DNA of 53,415 bases, counting the filler, from Trypethelium eluteriae (taxonomy: Eukaryota): NCBI GenBank assembly GCA_051942245.1. It is 3 parts of 3 records of this genome, joined end to end, with 100 filler letters (N's around TTAATTAATTAA, not from the genome) between each part and the next. Parts side by side here need not be neighbours in the genome. Positions count along the whole stretch, not along the records: positions 1 to 17,845 come from JAVECL010000581.1; 2 more parts are not named here. The stretch is one strand, 5' to 3'. The notes beneath the pieces were generated by a model, which had not been told where the DNA came from, did not search any database, and was given only the letters and a program-made list of their open reading frames with translations. Both the position numbers and the translations under genes were made by a program. Positions 1-10,505 of this stretch are shown here, one piece after another; the first letter of the stretch is position 1, and each line of letters begins with the position of its first letter.

Positions 1-1122
1 ATGATACAGAACGCGACAACCGGGTTCAGCGTCGTACTCCGCAACCTGCCATGGTCAGCCGGCGACACGATCTTCTACTTCTCCACCATCTACGGCGGCT
101 GCGAGAAGAGCATCCAATTCACCGCGGAAACCACACCCGCAACCGCGCAGCGCATCCCGCTGGCGTACCCCCTCTCTGACGCCGCGCTCCTCGCCCAACT
201 GCACTCCGCCATCACCGCCACCCGCGCCCAAGGCCTCCGACCACGCCTCGCCGTCTTCGACACCGTCTCCTCGATGCCCGGCGTACGCATGCCATTCGAG
301 GCTCTGACAGCGCTGTGCCGCGCCGAGGGCGTACTGTCGTTCGTCGACGGCGCCCACGGCGCAGGACACCTCCCGCTCGACCTGGCGCGGCTGGACCCGG
401 ACTTCTTCGTCAGCAACGCGCACAAGTGGCTGATGGTGCCGCGGCCGTGCGCGGTGCTGTATGTGCGCGAGGCGCTGCAGCCGCTGATACGCAGCTCGGT
501 GCCGACGAGTCACGGGTTCCGGCCGAGCGTGCGGCCGGGGGAGAAGGTGAGGGGGAGCCCGATGCCGGTGGATGAGACGGAGACGGCGTTTGTGGCGAAT
601 TTTGCGTTCGTGGGTACCTTGGATACGAGTCCGTATATTTGCGTGCCGGCGGCTGTAGAGTGGAGGGCGCGGTTGAGGTGGGAGGGGAAGACGGGGGAGG
701 AGGCGGTGGTGGCGTACGGGATGTGGTTGGCGAGGGCGGTAGGGAGGAGGGTAGCGGAGATGTGGGGGACGGAGGTGTTGAGTAATGGAGGTTGCGAAGG
801 GCAGGAGGGGAGAGATACATTAGGGGAGTGCTGTATGAGTAATGTGAGGCTGCCTTTGGATGTTGCATCCATCGCTGAGAAGTGGAATCGAGGTGATGTG
901 GATAGCACAGGGGCGAAACTGGTGATTTGGATGGGAAACACGGGTCTAGAATATGGGACATTTGTGCAAACGTACTATTACGTGGGAGCCTTGTGGTGGA
1001 GGATAAGTGCGCAGATATATCTTGAGCTGAAGGATTTCGAATGGGGTGCGAATGTGATTGAGAAGATGTGCGACAGAGCGGAGAAGGGAGAATGGATGGG
1101 AAAGGAAAGGAGCAAGCTCTGA
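1..1122 (+). CDS. egt2: PLP-dependent class-V aminotransferase / C-S lyase, hercynylcysteine sulfoxide lyase (Egt2)-like; 5' partial
   Basis: Motifs NATTG, DTVSSMPG, VDGAHGAG, FFVSNAHKWL (PLP-binding Lys), GTLD and C-terminal RISAQIYL. The ORF begins mid-domain at window base 1. Confidence 0.75.
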   Translation: MIQNATTGFSVVLRNLPWSAGDTIFYFSTIYGGCEKSIQFTAETTPATAQRIPLAYPLSDAALLAQLHSAITATRAQGLRPRLAVFDTVSSMPGVRMPFEALTALCRAEGVLSFVDGAHGAGHLPLDLARLDPDFFVSNAHKWLMVPRPCAVLYVREALQPLIRSSVPTSHGFRPSVRPGEKVRGSPMPVDETETAFVANFAFVGTLDTSPYICVPAAVEWRARLRWEGKTGEEAVVAYGMWLARAVGRRVAEMWGTEVLSNGGCEGQEGRDTLGECCMSNVRLPLDVASIAEKWNRGDVDSTGAKLVIWMGNTGLEYGTFVQTYYYVGALWWRISAQIYLELKDFEWGANVIEKMCDRAEKGEWMGKERSKL

Positions 1123-1253
1123 GGTCAGTATAGCCTGGTTGACATTCCTCGATGGATCTGAATAGGTAGAATTTTTCCTTCGTCTCATATATTCTCTTTA
1201 GCGTCCAGCTCATTCCGAGATTTTTTTCACCTCTAGCTACCAGGCATTTTGGC

Positions 1254-1883
1254 TCACTGAGGACCGCCTCCTTTCTTCTGCCAGTCTAGCCAGCTGCCTC
1301 TATACTCTGCAACCTTGTCATAACCCTGCTGCTGTGCTAATTGGGCAGCTGCCGAGCTCCTCACCCCTGCCTTGCAATAAAATACCAGCTCTTTGTCGGG
1401 TGGTGGTTTCTCGAAGCCGAAGCGATCTTCAAAGTCTTCTGGTGAAAGAAACAGGGCATCCGGTTGCGAGGTGACGGGGATGTTGATTGCAGTCGGGATG
1501 AAACCAGCATTGTACTCGGAAGGCTCACGTACATCAATAAGTATATGGTCTTGGGAGGGGGAGGAAGAGAGAGATTTGATCTGCAGAAAGACCATTAGTC
1601 TCTGACTAAAGGGAGTTTGTATCGTGTAATGATTGGGAGGTCATGCCTTCTCAAAGTCATATACTTTCGACTTGGAACCTGACGATAACTCCGAATGCCA
1701 TCGTACTTGAGTTTGTCGGCGGCATTGTGACGCTATCCGAGGCGGAGAGTTAAGGGAAGAGTTGTTGCGCCTAGCCGTGGTGATAGCAGAGGACCGTAGA
1801 GCTAGTGAAGCTGCACATCGTGCAAATCGAGCTGGTCTAAGAAGTGCCAGTCCTTGCGCGGATGTTCTTGAAGTCATTATCAT
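1254..1883 (-). CDS. Single-domain rhodanese / thiosulfate sulfurtransferase (RDL2-like) with mitochondrial-type presequence; exons 1883-1647, 1580-1254
   Basis: LIDVREPSE, active-site loop FYCKAGVRS, YRGSWLDW; Arg/Ser-rich N-terminus. Intron 1646-1581 has a GC donor, GACTAAT branch and CAG acceptor, phase 0. Confidence 0.85.
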
Positions 1884-2793
1884 TTCACGTGGACTGCAAA
1901 GGTCGCTAAAAAGATTGAAGCTTTAGGAAGAGAGATGGAGCTTACAGCATTCAGCAAATCTGTGGTGTAGCTGACGTCAGCATGTAAACACTTGAGAGAG
2001 ATGATACTCCGCACGCCGCAGATAGACTCGATATGTTAACCACTCTAACCACCAATACCCTGGATGGTTTTTCTCCAGAGTAAGATGATAGATAGGATGC
2101 CCCGATGCGACTACTAGAGAATTTACACTTTTTACCAGGATAGAGTACACCAATGGGAACCGACCCCCCCCCTTTTTCGCGACCGCGGAGGTGTAAAAAC
2201 TCCGCATTTTGACAAAATTGCCAAAAACTTTTTTTGGAATAGTAATATAAAATTAATATCATTAGAAAGCGCTTGGCTTTTGGCGTCTACCTTCGTATTG
2301 CCAGCATTGTCGACGTGGCGGAACGTGAGCAGGATGGGACGGAAGATGGATAGTGTATAGATTTGTATGGAGAAGGGCAGTTTTGCACCAAAATTTTGAA
2401 GTCCAAATTTTTGAAAATTATTCATATAAATGAGCAAGGGTATCTCAGTGAGTTCGCCTTCAAACTCTGAGTACAATCGAGCATGTGGTTAGGGAGTTGT
2501 GGGGGAAGGAAGGTACCTTTACGTAGGTATTCAATAGGCAGGAGGTACGACAATACTCAGGAGAACGACGCCCACGAAATCAAAGTGCACATGTATCATC
2601 TGCAAACGGCGTCCCCTTGCATTGTCTCTCTATATAAGCCCTTTGTGCATTCTTCTATGTCGTGCAACCATAAGCCCTTCGAAGATACATTGTCCTTTAC
2701 GCCGAAGCCTGGTTGTCACATGTATGTTTGCGGGAAGGCAAGTTGCCAACGTCGAAGTTCACGTATGTATACATACGGACATAAAACCGTTAG

Positions 2794-4373
2794 TCAAGTA
2801 GTTCGCATCCCTCGCAGATTCCTCAAAATATCCATCAACGCCATATTCAAATCAGTTCCAGACCGCAACCAATAAGCAAATACAGCCACCGTTGTGAATA
2901 GCGCCAGATTTCGTGCAGGTTTTCGGTACCGTATCCAGAGACTGAAAAACTTCTTGCGTACTTTCTCCCTTGCTTCGGCTCGTTTGAGCTCGGCGGCTTG
3001 TGCATGAAAATACGCCTCACCGTCCTGCAGAGTCTGATCTTCGAATGGTATTGAGGAGCGTGGTTTCTTTTTCGCAATACTGCTCGTGTTTTCTCCTTGC
3101 CATGTTGTTCTTGTTCTCGCTTTTCCCCTTATTTTCCTGTACCCGTCATGACCGTAACTGCATGTCTTCAGCACGCTATTTGAGGATATTTGACGCCAAG
3201 CTCCATGAGGCAATTTGAGCGGAGGATATTGAGAGTAGAGGTGAAGAGCATGGGCAATGAGAGCTTCGAGGTCAAGAGGCTGAGGCAGTTTCGAGAGGGT
3301 GTGAAGAAGCATGTCAGTGTCGGTTGACTCTATCTCGAAGACGGTATCGCGTCGAGAGAGTATGATCTAACGCATTAACATTGTTAGCGAAGTGCTGCAC
3401 GGGGCTGGCAAGGAGCAGGGGCGATACTCGTGAAGCGGACGGCATGATAGAAGATCAGACGTACAGCTCCGAATAAGTAGACGCTCATTACTGCGTCCGT
3501 GGCGAGCAGAAAGTCGAATAGCCTGGCAATGACATCATAATCCTGGATTTCATGGGCATAGAGTGTCAAAATCCCACTCAGGCTGTAGCTTCTGTGCGTC
3601 TGTCGGATATGCACGTACAACTCTGTATCCGCAACCTCCAAGATACTTGGGAGTAAGCTCATATGTGCGTTCAGACCGTCAAGGGTCGGTAGCAAGAAGT
3701 CGCGAATGCGGAGGAGCGAGAGGCGCTCGATACAAGCCATGCATTCTGCAGAGATTTGAGGTTGTTTTGTCTCTTTCGCTGGTTTGTTAAGGGGCGACGA
3801 GCCGAAGACGAGGAGGAAGACCTGGACGATGTCATGATAGCCTTGGAAGTAGCTTAGATAGGGATGCCTTCGTAGGACGACCGTTATGAGTGTTTGTAGC
3901 GAGGTTCTTCGAGTCGAGAGTTGAGCATCAGATTCCGAAGGATAGTACACAAAGGCCCGGTCGACATCAAGTTTGACTTGGTTCTCATCTTTGTGAGTGG
4001 GAAGGGACTCCCAACTTGATTGAGGGGCTGTTGTTGACTCTTGGTCGACTCCTAGAAGTAGCGGCCCTACCCAACGTATTAGCAGCCTCGCGGGATTTTC
4101 CAGATTACAAGCCTACTGACATGCTTTCTGTCGGAGGCTGTCTATCAAAAGACCACCCCTTGTAGCTGCAAGATTTCGAAGTGCGCGAAGGTCCTGTTGG
4201 TTGCAAGCAATTCCAATCTCAGTCGCCTTGTCCGACTCCGCCATAGATGAATTGTCTCGGAGGCATCCATCAGGGATGGGCCAGCCTTTCTCATCGGAAA
4301 TTGATTGACGCTCTTCCGTGTCCTGGACAGGAGCTTGCCGCTCTCCAGTGACCAGCCGTGGTGAGCTTGCCAT
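2794..4373 (-). CDS. TBC-domain Rab GTPase-activating protein (GYP8/TBC1D20-like); exons 4373-4121, 4066-3465, 3366-2794
   Basis: Spliced product reads LRQKAW-PLLLG, QVKLDVDRAF, YFQGYHDIVQV, ARLFDFLLA and ends in a hydrophobic anchor. GT-AG introns 4120-4067 and 3464-3367 keep the frame. Confidence 0.85.
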
Positions 4374-4685
4374 GAACGAAGTTGCGGTAGTGATGACTTG
4401 AGTCCTGACACCTTCGAATCAAACAACAAACATTCCAGATTCAACCTTCACTCTAAATTTAAGAACAATCAAATTTACATCTTCTCACATGACTCTAGTA
4501 TGTTGCAGTCGCGTTTGCGTAGAACCTGTCACGATCGCATTTGTCAATCACTTGTGGAAATCAACACTGTTACGACAAGCTCGGCCCAATGTGTTTCTAC
4601 AATTTCGGAAAAGCCCATATGCTCCTATGTATCTCCATTACAGATGTCTTCTTCCGCTCATACTCCGTACTGCCCATCGTTACCA

Positions 4686-6090
4686 TTAGTTCCCCACGAT
4701 CATCGATTTGAACTCCTTTAACCTCTGCTTCACGTCAATCCCGTTCCACGTCTCAACTTCCTGCCAGCCTGTATCACCTGTCTGCCAGCGTGTCTCACTT
4801 TCCTGCCAGCCTTTCTCGCGCTTCGGTACCCCGACTTGCTCAATACAAAGACTCGCTGCTACTGAACCATAAGCTGCTGCTTCAACCAATTTCTTTAGTT
4901 CATCCTTCTCTCGCGTCCCTAACAGGCCCACTGCAAATCCGCCCAAAAATGCATTCCCCCCACCCGTCGGGTCCAAAACCCTCGACGCATCCTTATGATA
5001 AGCTGGTAACCACTTGCTTCCGACTTTCGAATTTAAGTCAAGAGTAGCAACATAGCATCCCTCCTTGCCCGCACGCACTATCACCGAACCTTTTCCCTCA
5101 ACGCCAACACCATCTCTTAGCAGCTCCTCTGCACACCTCTCAACCGCTCTCCATCTATCCTCGCCATATACCTTTGCCCTTTCAAAGAACGAAAGGAGTT
5201 CGCTGTCGTTGGGGCTGATGACGTCCACTGTCTTACATGCTCGTTTGCAAGTCTCGAGCTCGGAAGGAACGCAAAGGTCCGGTACAGGTTCCCAGATGAG
5301 AATAGGACGTGGGGGTGGTACATCAAACGAGGTTGAGCGAGAAGAGAGGATGTTCTGGGTCATGGAGATGCAGCGTTCGGATGAGCAGATGAAGTGAAAC
5401 GAACGCGAGGCGAGGAGATCAGGCGAAAGGTCTGAGGCGTCGAGCCGGAGTTTTGGTGTTGTGTAGCGGAACTCTGTGTATCTTAGTCGGTTTGGAGGAG
5501 GGATGGAACCATCTTTTGGCTTGAGAAAGGAGAACTTCATCTGATGGTAGAGAGTATCCTGCCTGGAGTACGACGAGAAATATATTACACCAAATATAGA
5601 AAGGCGATAGTCTTCCAAGTCGTGCTACTTCACCGCTTTGAAGTTGATGATATAGTGCTCTCCATAGTCAACGTCTCGATGCTTTGGCCAAGATAACTTG
5701 TTGAGCGGACCTCTTGATGCTTTCATTGTAAATCGAAGAAGAAATAGAATCCGGAAGCTCACCTCTTATCCCTTCCTCCGTATATCCATTCCAACCTCTG
5801 GTCGTAAGCCCCTTTCTCTTTCTAAACCTACATCCCGTCTGCCACTTATCCACTTCCTCTCTGACCTCGCTGGGAAAATCATCACCTTCGTCTACAATCC
5901 ACCCTATCCTCCAGGAGTTTGGTGGTGGCCAGAACAAGCGCGCGCCAAGAGCGGAGTAGGTCCCTGCACCGCCAATAATGTTGAGTTGGGGAGGCTGTGG
6001 AGGTAGAGGATGGATGTCATCAATGATGAACATGCCAAGGGTTGCGAAGAGGATTTCTTGTTCGAGAGCAGCATAGTTCGGAGAAGCCAT
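4686..6090 (-). CDS. PfkB/ribokinase-family protein (MAK32-like); exons 6090-5763, 5473-4686
   Basis: N-terminal FATLGMFIIDDI...GGAGTYSALGAR, WEPVPD, SPNDSEL, C-terminal DPTGGGNAFLGG and ASLCIEQVG. 289-nt GT-AG intron 5762-5474 with GACTAA branch. Confidence 0.85.
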
Positions 6091-6769
6091 ACTGGTGATG
6101 CGAGTCGGTGCCAAAAGTGTGCGTCGGAATGTAGGGCTCGAGAGAATTATGATTGAGAGATACACCACGCGTAGGTCTCTGGCTAGGTCTCTGCGTAGAG
6201 CTCTAATGAGGATGGACACTGAAATTGCAATCAATTGCAATACGTCGGATCGAGGCTATGCAATGCTGATCCGGGCCGAATACATGACAAACGCTCTGGC
6301 AAGTCAGGTAGATTGAAGACGAGTGTTCATCGACGCTGGAAAATTGAGCTTATGTTTACTGCATCAGATATAACTGTAGGGTTCGTGGTCTTCTCAGATA
6401 CTATGTTCAGAGTATTTATGGTTGACCCAGGCACCCTGTCAAAGAAGTCAGGGCACGAGCACGGAGATTGCCGAGGTCGCTTCATATCTCACAACTTTCT
6501 TACGATACCTCATTCTGTTGGTCGAGGGAGTGAGCCGCAGATAGTGTGATATAAGATGAGCTAGTAACAAATGGTTATTGAAGCCCCTAAAGATGAACGC
6601 ACAGATTATTTACTCAACATTGTGATAGTCATCGAATGTTTTGGGTATATTCGTTTCATACAAAGGAGCCAAGTATGTACAGTCGACTTCTTTAATACAA
6701 GGTTTACACTCATCACCAAATATCTGAATATCGCACTAGTTCTCTTACAGAAACCTCGAATGCACAAAC

Positions 6770-9700
6770 CTATGTTGTGCTACCCAGAAGGTTCTTCTGC
6801 ACAGAATCGTGTGGGAGAAGTGGCATAGTTTCCACCGCCCTCACTGTCTTCGGCGCCTTTTCTCTAATTTCCTTGATGTTTGTTTTTCCCTGGCTTGCGT
6901 ATGCAGATGCTCGCTGTACGTCCAGCATTGCTCGTGCCAAAACCACCATTGTCGGATATTGAGGTAGGAGCATTGATGGAAGTACGTTCTTAATGTTGAT
7001 CCGATCGAATCCGCGCTGCTTTTGGCTCCGCGGTGGGGCTCGTTGTAGTGCCCTACCTCTACGCCACCCCGGCCACCCAGGCATAAGATACTGTTCGCAG
7101 ATCTGGAATGCGTGCAACGTGTGGGCATGCTTAATCAAAGACTGCACGTACAGGTTCCACACTCGATTCGAAAGGACCCAGCCAGAAGTGATGAGCTCGT
7201 CGATAAGAGAAATCAGCCGTAAAATTTCACCGCGTTGCGAGAGTGAGCGCATGAAAAAAGTAAGTGGGGGTGATATAATATGACGACGGGACGGTGCCAT
7301 GCGGGTGGGAGAGAGAAGCGGTTGTAAGAGTAACGCCTCAGATGGTGTGCTTGCCAAGTCCGGCTTGGGGACGGGGGCGACTTTGACATAGCGCATTGCC
7401 TTACGATAGAAAAGTATCCAGCACTGTTCGATATCATCATATTCACGAGCTCTCCAATGGGATTGCATGAGAGCAGTAAGAAATCTGAGCGGAGGTACGA
7501 AACTTGACGAGGAGCGATGCTCTTTTGAGTGAAGATATTCTTCGAAAACATCATCGACGATGTCGAAAGAATTGCGACGGCCGTAAGTTGAGATCAGGAC
7601 TTCATAGTACGCATCTGGGTATGTCTCATTCATTGAGAAGCCTTCCAATCCGTAGGTTGGCTGCTTTATAGCACTCGTGATCTCTCTTCGATCGCTATCC
7701 TCCAGTACGTCTGACAATGCCTGTTCCGTGGTTGGCAGACGATTCGAAGATTGTCCTTGGCTTTGCGTCTGTAAGAAATTGGTCTCGATAGCAACCTGGG
7801 CTTTGAGCACAGGGACACGAGTGCTGGCAGTTGGTCTAATACCCCGCCGCCGCATCACGATATTGAGGCCCAAAACTCTGCTCCATTGTTTGGACTGGAC
7901 ATAGCCTCCCATAAGTATCGCAAAGTGAAGAGCTAGCCGTTTCTGTCGTTCTTTCGGGATCACCTTCTGCAAAATTTTCCGAGCAGCGTCGTACTGACGC
8001 AGCAGGACGAGGCATTGCATCAGCGCCGCATAAGTCAAACTATCCAGCGGTATTTGACCTTGTTGCATACGCTTGAATATCCGAGACGTAGATTCTAGGT
8101 CTCGACGCAACGCATGTGCAGTGAGAACTTGGTTCCAAACAATAGTCACTGGTTCCGTTGTTGCCTTGCTACAATGGCTTTCTTCAGCTATCTTCTCCGC
8201 AGTTGCGAGATCATCATTCTCAATGTGAGCCCGAACGAGCGCTGCCCACATATGTGGAGTCGGATCGACACCATGGCTATTAGCGATTGAGAAAAGCTCC
8301 GAGACGCATTGTGGAACTCCGCGACCAGCGTATATGCCCATCAAGATACCAAAGGTATGGGCATCGGGCGTCACCCCATCCGATTTCATTTCTTCAAATC
8401 TTTGCAATGCACCCTCAAGGTCGTCATTCCGTGAATATGCTTGAAGAACTGCATTGTAGCATTCGCGGTCTGGAGAGACTGAAAACTCTTGTGTCATTCG
8501 CTCAAATTGCCAGATTGCTTTGTGTAGATCCGCTCGCCTCGAATGTACGTATATTAGCCAGAAAAAGGATCGCTGAAGATCTTCTTTGGATGGACTGTCC
8601 AGATAACCAAAATATTTATGCACAAGGTTCACTTCGCCAGCACGAGCAAAAACTTCCAGCATCATTCGGACAGCTTCATTGCTCAAATATCCGTGAGATT
8701 TTGCCCAGTCTTGTGCAACGTCCTCGATCCTGGTGAAGTGGCGAAGCACTTCATCTCTTGGCTCATGATGACAAAGCACAGACATCACTACAGTCAGTAA
8801 CTGCTTGGATGGCGAGAAGAATCGTTCCTTGCGAAAGATCTCATATAAAGAGCTTACGAGGTTGGCTTTTTCAGGTGACTTAACCTTCTGTCTGCGGTTC
8901 AATGCAAAGATTGAATTCTCGTAAAGCTCGGGACTGGTCAGTCCCCAGGATCGCATCTTCTTTACTAGCCAGAGAATCTGGTCTACCTGTCTTTGATGGG
9001 ATTGACGGGAATGTAGAAAAAGCTTTTCAAATTGTTGCTTGAGTGTGATTGTTGACAGATCGCGGAAGAAGATCATCAAATCAGAGCTGGTCCGGTGATT
9101 GAAGCATCGAGGAAATCGCGAGATGCCATTAGCGAATGATGCGACTGCGTTCAGCGGAATCGTCAAGCGCTTTAGATGTTGCCATATTTCGGAAACATTC
9201 TCTATTTGCTGTTTTCCCGAGCCAGCGCAATAAGTACCATATACTTCGGAGCCAAGTTGCCAGAATCGGCGTTGGATAATCTGTTCGAGTAGAATATCGA
9301 CCCCAATTCCTTCCGTTATAGCTGAATCTGCCGCTTCCTGGAATACTGTGACAGCTCTGCCTATTTCACCAAGCTTCAGATTGGCTGCAATGGCAGCCCG
9401 ATATGAAGACGGTCGGCGAGCTGCTTTTTCTAACCTTTGAAATAGCCTTAGAATACGATCCGCATCAATGTCTTCTGCAGAAGTGGACAGATAATCCAGA
9501 ATGTCTGCTAACGTGCTGGGAAATAACGGGGAAGTGGGATCGGCAGAATTAATCGTCCTCCAGACTTCCTCGTAGGCACCTTGCTTTCCTGACCTCAAGG
9601 TTGTTTGCAGACTTTTGAAATCATCGTGGCCGTTTTGTCCGCCTTTTTGATATTGTTGCGCAGCTTTTGGAGGTGGTCTTGACTCGTAATGGAAGGCCTC

Positions 9701-10144
9701 GAAGGTCGAGGTATCGGCTAAATGTGGCCCATTTTGAGCAAATGAACCGTCGTAGTTTTCTTTTGGTGCTCCAATCGATTGTGTCTCTACGCTAGCCACT
9801 GAAGAATATTCGCGATACCGATTCAGATGCGATTGACGTCCTTGGTGTCGGTCTAGTTTATCTCCATTACCTGTGGCGAGATCGCGGAGAAAGGCCTTGG
9901 TTCTCGGTGGATAGAGGAAATCAAGGAGGAATCCATCGGGTAGAGTAGCTGAGCTAGCCTCTGTTCCTTTCGAAGGTGAGTTGTCTCCATATAATGGAGG
10001 AAGCATATAGGGAGGTAAGTTGAGGTCACCGGCTCCATGATGCCAAAAAGCCGAATGAAGCATGCGCTTCGTCCGGAGAGTTCGGCGACCACGTAGCAAG
10101 ATTCGTCCGCCTGATTCGAGGCATCTTGCTGCACGCTCAAGCAT
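6770..10144 (-). CDS. Mitochondrial pentatricopeptide-repeat protein, Cya5/Pet309-like COX1 translation factor
   Basis: Intronless ORF of ~1124 aa from MLERAARCLE...LHSAFWHHGA. Tandem PPR motifs: CYNAVLQAYSR, PDAHTFGILMGIYA, VWNQVLTAHA, LTYAALMQCL. Confidence 0.8.
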   Translation of the reverse strand: MLERAARCLESGGRILLRGRRTLRTKRMLHSAFWHHGAGDLNLPPYMLPPLYGDNSPSKGTEASSATLPDGFLLDFLYPPRTKAFLRDLATGNGDKLDRHQGRQSHLNRYREYSSVASVETQSIGAPKENYDGSFAQNGPHLADTSTFEAFHYESRPPPKAAQQYQKGGQNGHDDFKSLQTTLRSGKQGAYEEVWRTINSADPTSPLFPSTLADILDYLSTSAEDIDADRILRLFQRLEKAARRPSSYRAAIAANLKLGEIGRAVTVFQEAADSAITEGIGVDILLEQIIQRRFWQLGSEVYGTYCAGSGKQQIENVSEIWQHLKRLTIPLNAVASFANGISRFPRCFNHRTSSDLMIFFRDLSTITLKQQFEKLFLHSRQSHQRQVDQILWLVKKMRSWGLTSPELYENSIFALNRRQKVKSPEKANLVSSLYEIFRKERFFSPSKQLLTVVMSVLCHHEPRDEVLRHFTRIEDVAQDWAKSHGYLSNEAVRMMLEVFARAGEVNLVHKYFGYLDSPSKEDLQRSFFWLIYVHSRRADLHKAIWQFERMTQEFSVSPDRECYNAVLQAYSRNDDLEGALQRFEEMKSDGVTPDAHTFGILMGIYAGRGVPQCVSELFSIANSHGVDPTPHMWAALVRAHIENDDLATAEKIAEESHCSKATTEPVTIVWNQVLTAHALRRDLESTSRIFKRMQQGQIPLDSLTYAALMQCLVLLRQYDAARKILQKVIPKERQKRLALHFAILMGGYVQSKQWSRVLGLNIVMRRRGIRPTASTRVPVLKAQVAIETNFLQTQSQGQSSNRLPTTEQALSDVLEDSDRREITSAIKQPTYGLEGFSMNETYPDAYYEVLISTYGRRNSFDIVDDVFEEYLHSKEHRSSSSFVPPLRFLTALMQSHWRAREYDDIEQCWILFYRKAMRYVKVAPVPKPDLASTPSEALLLQPLLSPTRMAPSRRHIISPPLTFFMRSLSQRGEILRLISLIDELITSGWVLSNRVWNLYVQSLIKHAHTLHAFQICEQYLMPGWPGWRRGRALQRAPPRSQKQRGFDRINIKNVLPSMLLPQYPTMVVLARAMLDVQRASAYASQGKTNIKEIREKAPKTVRAVETMPLLPHDSVQKNLLGSTT

Positions 10145-10505
10145 CGACTCTTGGGCTAAAGTTCGATGGATCACCCGCGGCTAGCAGGAATCGTAGGTAA
10201 TCTAGACTGTTGTCAAGTCATGGATGCTGTTGACTCCCTGAACTGCAGAGAGAGGAAGAAGGGATTTGCCAAGATATTGCGTCTGAAGAGTCACTCAGTA
10301 GCCATTGGAAAGCTTGTTGAAGGAGGAACTGGGACTCAGGGTCGAGTGGGGACCGACTGAGACGGAATGAAATCATTCATATCGGAAGAAAATTGGACGA
10401 GATGGATGACATAGAGATTCGAGGTAGTCCCCGAGGTTCTACCGTATGGCAAGCATCAAACCACCGAATTGCTCCGCACAATGACCAGCTCAATCTTCCT
10501 CAGTC

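Noticed and set aside
55..1213. Several 110-270 aa antisense or alternate-frame ORFs over the Egt2-like gene
   Set aside because: Low-complexity Pro/Ser/Arg translations explained by GC-rich skewed codons of the real gene.
5474..5762. Long intron as a possible snoRNA host (also 25968-26283)
   Set aside because: No C box (RTGATGA) with a matching D box on the sense strand; H/ACA cannot be judged by eye and needs an Infernal/Rfam scan.
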